Source: an uncultured Chitinophagaceae bacterium | GTDB taxonomy: Bacteria > Bacteroidota > Bacteroidia > Chitinophagales > LD1 | Assembly (NCBI GenBank): GCA_964398475.1 | Contig: CAYNMP010000012.1 | Coordinates: 22,540-86,539, forward strand | Length of the DNA: 64,000 nucleotides | Direction: 5' to 3' | In this document: positions 16,949 through 26,500 of the stretch, piece by piece | Layout of the letters: each line of letters opens with the position of its first letter | How positions within the stretch are numbered: position 1 is the first letter of the stretch | Notes under the pieces: generated by a model | The model's database searches: none | Told to the model about the DNA's origin: nothing | Seen by the model: the letters and a program-made list of their open reading frames with translations, nothing else | Made by a program: the position numbers and the translations under genes

Positions 16949-19900
16949 ATGAAAAAATCAAACAACTCAAAAAACAAAAGAGCCTGGCAGTTGCTCTTAA
17001 ATCTACTGCTTTTGATTATAACCAATGGTAGCTTTCAATTGGCAAAAGCACAATGTAATCCGACACCCAATGCTGCTTTCATAGCACTATCCAATTACAA
17101 TCCTTGCATAGGCAGTACTATCACAGTACAGGTAAGTGGGATGTATCTACCAAATGCAAACTGGCAAGCAGTTCTTCAATATCCTAACTCATCCATAAAC
17201 ATAACCGGAAATGGGAACTATACTATTCCAATTACTACTGGAGGAAATGTTGTAGTCAGCATTATGAATAACGTAAATGGTTGTCCAACTGTTTATAATT
17301 CTAATGTGCTGACATTTTCAGTTTTGCCGGGAAATAAACCTACAGCACAGTCTGACACAGTTATTCGATTCTGTACAGGGGATAACAAATTTTTATTTGT
17401 AACAGCACCCAACGCAGCTTCTACTTTCCAATGGAAAAAAAATGGAACTGTAGTAGGTACGAATAACGACACATTATTTTTAAACACTATGGCTGCGACT
17501 GATACCGGATCTTACAAATGCTATATAAGCTCATCCACTTGTGGTTCAGATTCTTCAAAAACAATCAAACTAAAATTTGGAAGTATAGAATCTCAATCCG
17601 GAAATCTATCGCTATGCTCAGGCTCACAAGGTTTACTATGGGTGAAAGCTCCATCGGCCAATAATTTTGTTTGGAAATTAAATGGAGTTGCCATTCCAAA
17701 TTCAAATAACGATACCCTTACAATAAATAATTATACAACCGCTCAAGCAGGAACATATACCTGTGAAGCTTCGTTGAATGGCGGTTGTTTGAATACCGCT
17801 AGCTTTACGATCACCACCAATACTAATGTTACACTATTTGATTTTTCGACTGTAATAGCATCCTATCCAATGAGTGGAAATGCCAATAATGCAGTTTCTA
17901 CTTCAAACAACGGTACTGTTAATGCAGGCTGCACATTAACGGCTGATAGAAATGGAAATATTAATCGTGCTTATGACTTCAATGGTACAGCAAATGGCAC
18001 TATCAATATGGGAGACATCACGGCAATGAACGGTGCAAATGTACTTTCCATTAGTGGTTGGTTCAAAAGAACCAATATCAACCGCAATAATGAATTTTAC
18101 AGTAAAGTAATTGATTCCAGCGGGATATATTGCAGAGACTATTTGCAAAGTAATTATACTTACAACACCTTTGGAAACAATACACCAGCCATTAGCCCTA
18201 TAAACACGAATTGGTTTCATTACACTATGACCTTTAGTGGTGGCGCAATGAAAGTATTTGTTAATGGTACTCTAGCTGCTCAATTTTCAAATTTTGCAAA
18301 ACCATCTATTCAGTCGGCCACAGGCTCATCATTTATTTTGGGCGATATTTTGCGTGGTGGTACTACCGCTTATCCTTCTGATAATTTCATAGGACAAATG
18401 GACGAGATTAATATTTTTTCTAAGGAATTGAACCCAGTAGAAATTGCAGCGCTAATGAATGCCCCTCAATTTACGCAGCATCCACAAAATGCTTCACTTT
18501 GTGCGGGAAACAATTTGACACTTTCTGTTCTTGCTGAATCGCCTACTGCATCATTTCAATGGCAGAAAAACGGGGTAGATATTGCAGGTGCAAATCAAGC
18601 TACATTTACAAAAGCCAATATTCAAGCGGCTGATGCAGGTTCTTACACTTGTATAGTATCTGTGGGTTGTAATCGTTCTATCTCAAAGGCAGCTGTGGTT
18701 ACGGTTAGTTCGAATAGCATAACCATAACTTCCCAACCACAAGCACAATCTAAATGTGTTGGTCAATCGGCCTCTTTTACAGTAGCAGCAACAGGAGGCA
18801 CCGGTTATCAATGGAAAAAGAATGGGGCTAACATCAACGGACAAACTGCTGCTACATTAAACTTGAGCAGTGTAGCCGTATCCGATACAGGAACCTATGT
18901 ATGCGAAATCAGCGGTGGTAGTTGTGGTTCGTTAAGTAGCCAATCTGCATACCTAAGTGTATCTGCAATTCCTACTCCAACAATTTCGGGAGCAAGCGCT
19001 GTTTGTTCTGGAAGTGCTATCACGCTTACAGCAAACGGTGGAAACACATACGCATGGAGTAATAGTGGAGGAAATGCAGCATCTGCTACCTTCTCGCCAA
19101 CAACAGCTACTACCTATACCGTAACGGCTAGTTTAGGTGCAGGATGTACGGCTACTGCTACTAAAACCATAACCATCAAACAACCTACTGCAGGAAGTTA
19201 TAGTCAAACGATTTGCTTCGGACAGTCGGTAGTTTTTAACGGCATCTCTCGTGCTCAAAGTGGCGCTTACTTAGATACACTTGTAAACCTTGCCGGTTGC
19301 GATTCGTTCTTAACGTTGAACTTAACGGTTCGTCCGCAGATTACAAAAAGCATTGCGCAAACGGTTTGTTTTGGGGGAAGTACAACTTTCAACGGAGCTA
19401 CATTAACGCAAAGTGGAGTGTTCAAAGATACCTTGACGTCTGTAACCGGATGTGACAGTATCTTAACCTTGACCTTTACTGTTCGTCCGCGTATTGTTAC
19501 ATCTATTACGCAACCCATTTGCAATGGTTCGGCTATTACCTTCAACGGACAAACCATTACTACTGCAGGTACTTACTTAGATACACTAACCAGTGTAAAC
19601 GGTTGTGATAGTTTCATTACCTTAAATGTAACCATTGCACAAGCTACAGCAGCTACAATTAGCCAGAGTGCTTGTGGAAGTTATAGTTTTGGTGGAAACA
19701 CATTAACAGCAAGTGGAACGTACTTAGATACCATTTCAAATACTACAGGTTGTGATTCAGTAATTACATTGAACTTAATCATCAATCAAGCAACGGCATC
19801 AACTAAGAATGATACAATATGTTTTGGAACAACATACGCTTTCGGTTCTCAAACATTGAGTGCAACGGGTACTTACACTAGAACCATTCCAAATGCAGTA

Positions 19901-20395
19901 GGTTGCGATTCGGTGATTACGTTGAATTTGTTTGTTCGTCCGGCAATTAACATAAGCATCACGCAGAGTGGGCTAGATTTAACTGCTACTGCTGGCTTTA
20001 CAGATTATTTTTGGAAGTTGAATGGAGCAAATATTACAGCTGCAAATTTGAATACGTATACTACAATAAGCAATGGAGCATATTCTGTTCAAGTGGTAGA
20101 TGTCAATAACTGTTCAGCAATCTCAAATACAGTGAATGTAAATAGTGTAGGGATCGATGATGTATCAAGTTTGGACTTAACAATCTATCCGAATCCTGTC
20201 AATAATGTGTTACATATTTCGAGTGAAATTGCGTTTGATAAAATTCAAATCACCAACCCAATTGGCGACATCATCAAAGAAGGATTGCTATCAAGCACAA
20301 GTATTAATATTACTGAATTACAAGCAGGTGTTTACTTTGCTAAACTAATTGATAGTAAAGGTACAATCGTCACAAAGAAATTTATCAAGCAATAA
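16949..20395 (+). CDS. large T9SS-secreted adhesin-like protein (about 1149 aa): Ig-like domains, LamG/ConA-like domain, six 57-aa two-cysteine repeats, type-A C-terminal sorting domain
   Basis: Signal peptide MKKSNNSKNKRAWQLLLNLLLLIITNGSFQLAKA. YQWKKNG..GTYTC Ig-like units. A LamG-like region (DEINIFSKELNPVEIAALMN). Sorting domain LTIYPNPVNNVLHISSEI...KKFIKQ. Confidence 0.8.
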   Translation: MKKSNNSKNKRAWQLLLNLLLLIITNGSFQLAKAQCNPTPNAAFIALSNYNPCIGSTITVQVSGMYLPNANWQAVLQYPNSSINITGNGNYTIPITTGGNVVVSIMNNVNGCPTVYNSNVLTFSVLPGNKPTAQSDTVIRFCTGDNKFLFVTAPNAASTFQWKKNGTVVGTNNDTLFLNTMAATDTGSYKCYISSSTCGSDSSKTIKLKFGSIESQSGNLSLCSGSQGLLWVKAPSANNFVWKLNGVAIPNSNNDTLTINNYTTAQAGTYTCEASLNGGCLNTASFTITTNTNVTLFDFSTVIASYPMSGNANNAVSTSNNGTVNAGCTLTADRNGNINRAYDFNGTANGTINMGDITAMNGANVLSISGWFKRTNINRNNEFYSKVIDSSGIYCRDYLQSNYTYNTFGNNTPAISPINTNWFHYTMTFSGGAMKVFVNGTLAAQFSNFAKPSIQSATGSSFILGDILRGGTTAYPSDNFIGQMDEINIFSKELNPVEIAALMNAPQFTQHPQNASLCAGNNLTLSVLAESPTASFQWQKNGVDIAGANQATFTKANIQAADAGSYTCIVSVGCNRSISKAAVVTVSSNSITITSQPQAQSKCVGQSASFTVAATGGTGYQWKKNGANINGQTAATLNLSSVAVSDTGTYVCEISGGSCGSLSSQSAYLSVSAIPTPTISGASAVCSGSAITLTANGGNTYAWSNSGGNAASATFSPTTATTYTVTASLGAGCTATATKTITIKQPTAGSYSQTICFGQSVVFNGISRAQSGAYLDTLVNLAGCDSFLTLNLTVRPQITKSIAQTVCFGGSTTFNGATLTQSGVFKDTLTSVTGCDSILTLTFTVRPRIVTSITQPICNGSAITFNGQTITTAGTYLDTLTSVNGCDSFITLNVTIAQATAATISQSACGSYSFGGNTLTASGTYLDTISNTTGCDSVITLNLIINQATASTKNDTICFGTTYAFGSQTLSATGTYTRTIPNAVGCDSVITLNLFVRPAINISITQSGLDLTATAGFTDYFWKLNGANITAANLNTYTTISNGAYSVQVVDVNNCSAISNTVNVNSVGIDDVSSLDLTIYPNPVNNVLHISSEIAFDKIQITNPIGDIIKEGLLSSTSINITELQAGVYFAKLIDSKGTIVTKKFIKQ
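19181..19950 (+). repeat. array of six 57-aa repeats (C-F-G...G.Y.DTL....GCDS...LNLTV) inside the 16949-20395 gene
   Basis: Period of about 171 bp read from the translation. Each unit has two conserved Cys. I could not assign the unit to any family I know. Confidence 0.6.
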
Positions 20396-20418
20396 TTTTC
20401 ATGAGTCGGTTTTGTGTG

Positions 20419-20456
20419 ATCCCGGTGTTGTAACGACATCGGGATTTTCTTTTCGA
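20419..20456 (+). terminator. rho-independent terminator (conserved family hairpin)
   Basis: GATCCCGGTG...CATCGGGAT followed by TTTTCTTTTC. Confidence 0.5.
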
Positions 20457-20469
20457 CAAACAGACAATA

Positions 20470-20539
20470 CCATTCACAAGTTCAATACTACCACTCACAA
20501 GATGCAATAGTAAAGCCGACCGGTTCGGTTGCACTTTTG
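20470..20539 (+). promoter_or_regulatory. candidate LytTR operator + promoter (site E): CCATTCACAAGTT 20470-20482, CCACTCACAAGAT 20491-20503, ATAGTAAAGCCG, CACTTTTG box 20532-20539
   Basis: Same 21-bp repeat register and 29 bp to the box as the other sites. ATG 20558 lies 19 bp after the box. Confidence 0.55.
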
Positions 20540-20557
20540 CAGCATAAAACAACAATC

Positions 20558-23500
20558 ATGAATAAAATCAAAACAAAGACAAGACATCGCAACCGAGCGC
20601 TAACGGGTTGTATGATGGCGCTGCTATGGCTTTTAGTCCCGAGCAGCATTTTTGCACAACAGTTAGCACCTCAGCACGCCTGGAGTTTTGGCTTAGTTAA
20701 GTCAAACGTAAAAAACGTAAAGACAGACTCACTTGGCAACATTTATATAGCAGGATATTCAGATGTTACTGCAGATTTTGACCCTGGTACAGCTTCAAGT
20801 CCATTGGCAAGTGCAGGTGGGTATATAGCTAAATATACTTCTTCAAAACAACTCATTTGGGTTACTCCAATTGTAGCTACTGCAGTGAATGATTTTGATG
20901 TTTCTTCAAGCGGCTCTGTGGCTGTAGTTGGAAGCAATGGAGGAGCAATTATAAATATTTATAACCCTGCTGGCGGACTGCAATACAGTTATGGACTAGC
21001 CAATTCAGGTAACAATGGAGGAAGCTCAAGTTACGATGTTACTAATTGTATCTTTGATAAAAATGGCAATCTCATTGTTCGTGGAAGGGCGGGGACGAGT
21101 CCTGCACCAGGATTTTCGGGACCGGGTATAGGAGCTGATATTGACCCTGCACCGGGTTTTCAATCCGCTACAACATTAATCAATGCTACAACAGATTGGC
21201 TTATGCGCCTTTCGCCAACGTTTACTTTATTGAGTTATAAATTTATTGGCAGTGGGATTATTGGCTCTAACGATTTTGCAATATCCGGAGACACATTGTA
21301 TTGGGCAACTAGTCATGCAAATACCGCAACGGCTGTAGATTACAATCAAGGAGCATCGCCTGCATTATTAGTACAAGAAGAAAATGCCTTAATTGCTTAT
21401 AGAACTACCAATTTTACACCCATTTGGGGAGGTCCATTTAAAACAGGTGCTCAAAAAATGTTGATTGAGTCAACGCCAACAGGGGAAATTGCTTTACTCT
21501 TTCAAACAAATTACGGTAGAAATGCAACTTATACTTACCCTATAGATGGAAGTTACTATAATACCCTTTCTCCGGCAGGATCTTCACCTCATGGGTATTA
21601 CAATAATTATCTTTTGCATTACAATAAACAAACAGGAGCCTTAAACATTACCAATAAAGCACCTAGATTATTGGTGGACTCAGCCAATTCTTTAGCCAAC
21701 TTATATGTATCAGGATTTAGTGTTGATAAACGAGGAAATTACTTCATATCGGGTAGTGTGGGTGGATATGTAGATTTCCAAAATGGAACAGGACTATATT
21801 CAAGATCAAGTTCGGGTTCTATCGATCCTTACTTTGTAAAATACAAACCTAACCTATCGGTTGATTATGCAGCAATTTTTCCGAATAGCATCAACAGTAA
21901 CGATAATTTCAATGGAATAGCTGCTATAGATACATCAAGTATTGTTGTAGCAGGAAGCTATAGAAATACGCATAATGTAGATAGTCTTAAACTAGCACCT
22001 AATTTACCTTTTAATGTTGCAACAGAAGACAATGTTGTATTGGCAAAATATATGGGCGATCCTTGTAGGATACTGATTACCTCTACAAGCTTAGATACGT
22101 TTTCAGGCTGTAAATACACATTCTCAATCACTGCTAGTTCTCCAACTTCTCCTTTATCTTACCAATGGTTCAAAAACGGAGCATTGTTAACCGGACAAAC
22201 AACAAACACTACGAGTACTACTGGTGTGGGCACCTATCAGTGCCGTGTTTCAAATGCATGTGGTGAGCAGTGGTCTAAAAAATATGTTTTATTAGCATTA
22301 CCTGCAATTACATACAGTAGCACCTATTATTTAGATTCAAATTTGACCGGAACGCCAAATGGAGTAGGCACTGCAATTACTTATGGCGCAGACAGAGCCG
22401 GAAACGCCAATAAAGCTGCTGTTTTTAATGGCACGAGTTCCGTTATAGATATTACAAATCCAACGTTTAATAATGGTATCTCACTTTGGTTTAAAAGAGC
22501 TGATATTACAACGCGCAAATCAATGAGTCTTGTTAGCTACCAAGTAGCCGCACCAGGTGCTTGGAATCCAGTTATGTACTTGGATTCATCAGGCAGACTA
22601 AGTGGATTTGTATATGATGGCACAGCAAATCCACCTATCTATTCATCAGGATTTGTCAATGACACCTTATGGCACCACGCTGCTTGGACGTATGATGCTG
22701 TAGTAGGTCAGCAAAAACTATTCTTAGACGGTGCATTAGTAGGCACAAGAGCATCAAATGCTTTAGCTACAGGAGCTGCCAACATTATAAAAATTGGCAA
22801 TGGCTATATTCAAAGTTATCCCAATCTAACCGGAGCGGGCAATGCGCATTTCTTTAAAGGTTCTATTGATAATGTTTTCCTATCCTCTACAATTAGTAAT
22901 GCTAGAGCGGAAGCAATGAGCAAGAGTCCAGCCTTTTTCAAAATAGATCTTGGGTTGCTTTATACTCCAAAAACTAAAGACGTTTGTAGTGTAACCAATT
23001 TTACATTAAATGCAGGCATCCTAACAAACCCCAATACCGGTAATCAAGTATCCTATACTTGGGTATATGTAGATCAAACTACATCACCTTTCACGTTTAC
23101 AACATTAACAAATAGTGCAACAATATCTGGCGCAACTACACCAAATTTAGTAGTTACCAATGCCAATCCTGCAACATTTAGTTTGGGTTATTTTCGCTTA
23201 ACCATTTCAGATGCGTATTGCTATGTAGATGAAGCAGATATCCGTTTAAATTTAACTACAGGTGTGGGAACTATTACACAACCCGCAAACACTTCTGCAT
23301 GCTTAGGATCAAATGCAATTTTTGTTGCAAAAGCCACAGTAGCTACAGGTTATCAATGGAAGAAAAATGGCGTAAATATCCCAAGCTCAAACAACGACAC
23401 CTTGTTCTTGAACAACATTGTTGCAGGAGATTATACAACATACACTTGTGACATTACAGGTTGTGGAGGTACTGTTGTTACAAGCAATACGGTAACACTT

Positions 23501-26500
23501 TCACAACCAACTGTTGCCATACTAACACAGACTTCAGCATCAAGCAATCCGGCTTGTGTTGGATCGAATACTGTTTTATTTGTAAATGCACAAAATGCAG
23601 TGAGCTATCAATGGAAAAAGGGAGGTGTAAATATATCGAACACGAATAACGATACACTATTCTTAACCAATGTTCAGGCTTCCGATGCCGGTAGTTATAC
23701 TTGTGAAATCACCAGTTGTAGTGGAGGAACAGTTACCTCAAATGCTTTAGCCGTAACGACTACACTTAACTCAACAAGCACAAACTTGATTCACCATTGG
23801 AAGCTTAATTCTAATTTAACGCCTTCTGTTGGAACAATTAATCTTACCCCTGTAAGTACGCTATACAATTACAATGTAGATAGAAACGGAGTTGCGTCAA
23901 ATGGTCTTCAGTTTGCTACTTCAACAACAACCAATGCCTTGGTGTTAAGTACACCCATTACGCAGGATAATATTTCCATTTCATTGTGGTATAATAAAGG
24001 AAACTCAACTACTGTTGAAACACTGATTGGCGACAATGGCACTAACTATGGTGATATGCTTGGCATCAATGCATCGGGCAAATTAGGTTATCAAGTAGGA
24101 GGTTCAGGATTCCAATCATCTGGAGTTACAGTTACAAACGGATGGCATCATTTTGTAGTAACCAAATCGGGTAGTACTATGAAAATGTACATGGATGGCA
24201 CCCAAATCATTTTTGGTGGTGGTTTAGCTACACCTCCAACGATGGGTGTAGGTACATTGATTGGACGAATTGGTAATACTGCACCAATTTATAACACCAA
24301 TATGGCTAAAGGAATCTTTGATGATATTCGAATTTACAGTGCTGTATTGTCTACTTCTGAAGTGAACAACCTATATCAAGCACCGGAAATATTAGGTATT
24401 GGCGTATTTGCTGCGGTATGTGCCGGAGGAACAACATCTACTTCTGTATTGACGAGTGGAAACGCAAACACTACTTATCAATGGCAAAAAGCAGGGGTGA
24501 ATATTCCGGGAGCAAATTCATCTACACTTACGCTTACGAATGTTCAAGCAGGAGATGCAGGAAACTACGCCTGTGTGGTTGGCTCATCGGCAGGATGTGT
24601 AGCCACAACATCCGGAAATGCAACATTAACGTTAGCAACCGGTGGTGTAACGTTTACAACCCAGCCCCAACCACAATCGAAATGTGTTGGTCAGCCTGTA
24701 ACATTCACAGTTGCTGCAACAGGTGGTACAGGTTATCAGTGGAAGAAAAATGGTTCAGCACTTTCCGGTCAAACAAGTGCTACATTAAACATTAGCGCTG
24801 TTGCATTAACCGATACCGGAACTTATACTTGCGATATTACAGGCGGAACTTGCGGGTCAACACCATCGAATGCCGCATACTTAACTGTAAATGCAGTTCC
24901 TTCTGCTTCTATTTCACCAAGTACAGTTAGTATTTGTGCAGGAGTTTCGCAAACGTTGACAGCAAGTGGAAATGGAACATATACATGGAGTAATAGCGGT
25001 GGAAGTACTGCTGCTGCAACCTTTACACCATCAAGTACAACAACATACACAGTTACAGTTTCAGCAGGAATTTGTTCTGCTACTGCATCATCAACCGTTA
25101 CTGTAAACGCTATTCCAACAGCAAGTATCACCCCAACAACCGTTACCATTTGTGCCGGAGATGCTGCTAATTTAACGGCATCAGGTGGAGGAACTTATGC
25201 ATGGAGTAATAGTGGAGGAACTGCTGCTGCGGCTAGTTTCAGTCCAACAACAACTTCAACTTACACAGTTACCGTTACAGCGAACAACTGTTCTGCAACG
25301 ACTTCACGTTTAGTAACGGTGAATGCCTTGCCAACAGCTTCTATAACACCATCTACTGCTGTTGTAGTTTGTGCAGGCTCTCCGGCTACACTTATTGCTG
25401 CCGGTGGAACAAGCTACGCTTGGAGCAATAGTGGAGGCACTGCTGCTGCTGCAACCTTCAGTCCAACAACAACATCAACGTATACTGTAACCGTTACAGC
25501 GAATAACTGTTCGGCTACAGCTTCTAAGCTCGTTACTGTAAATGCCTTACCGTTAGCCACCCTTACCCCTGCTGCTCCTGCTATCTGTGCCGGTGCAAGT
25601 CAAACCCTTACTGCAGGTGGTGGATCGAGCTATGCTTGGAGTGCAGGTCTAGGTTCTGGAACTACTAAATCAGTTAGTCCTACATCTACAACAACTTATA
25701 CCATCACTGCTACAGATGCCAACAACTGTTCGGCTTCTGCCTCAGCAACAGTTTCGGTTACTACTGTGGTAGCTGCTATCAACGGACCAACAACGATCTG
25801 TTCAGGTCTTTCAGCTACACTTACCGCTTCCGGTGGTGGAACTTATGCTTGGAGTAATTCTTTGGGTAGTGCTGCTGCTGTTACCGTTTCGCCAACAACA
25901 GCTACTACTTATACTGTAACTGTTACAAACAATAGCTGTACTGCTACAGCTTCTCAAACCGTGTCGGTACAATCGGCTCCAACGGCTGTGATCAACGGAG
26001 CAAGTTCTGTATGTGCAGGAAGTTCTATTACCCTTACAGCTAATGGTGGAAACACTTACGCATGGAGTAATAGTGGAGGAAATGCAGCATCTGCTACCTT
26101 CTCACCTACTACAACTACTACGTATACCGTAACGGCTAGTTTAGGTGCAGGATGTACTGCTACAGCTACTAAAACCATAACCATCAAACAACCTACTGCA
26201 GGAAGTTACAATCAAACGATTTGTTTTGGTCAGTCGGTGCTGTTTAACGGTATCTCTCGTTCACAAAGTGGCGCTTACTTAGATACCCTTGTAAACCTTG
26301 CCGGTTGCGATTCGTTCTTAACGTTGAACTTAACGGTTCGTCCGCAAATTAGCGGAAGCATTGCGCAAACGGTTTGTTTTGGTGGAAGTACAACTTTCAA
26401 CGGAGCTACATTAACGCAAAGTGGTGTGTTCAAAGATACCTTGACGTCTGTAACCGGATGTGACAGTATATTAACCTTGACCTTTACTGTTCGTCCGCGT

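Noticed and set aside
19267-19557. Pair of identical 96-aa antisense ORFs (also 26275-26565), and the similar pair 9417-9605 / 11314-11502
   Set aside because: They lie antisense inside well-supported long genes. Their identity simply reflects the nucleotide-level duplications. There is no independent support for coding.
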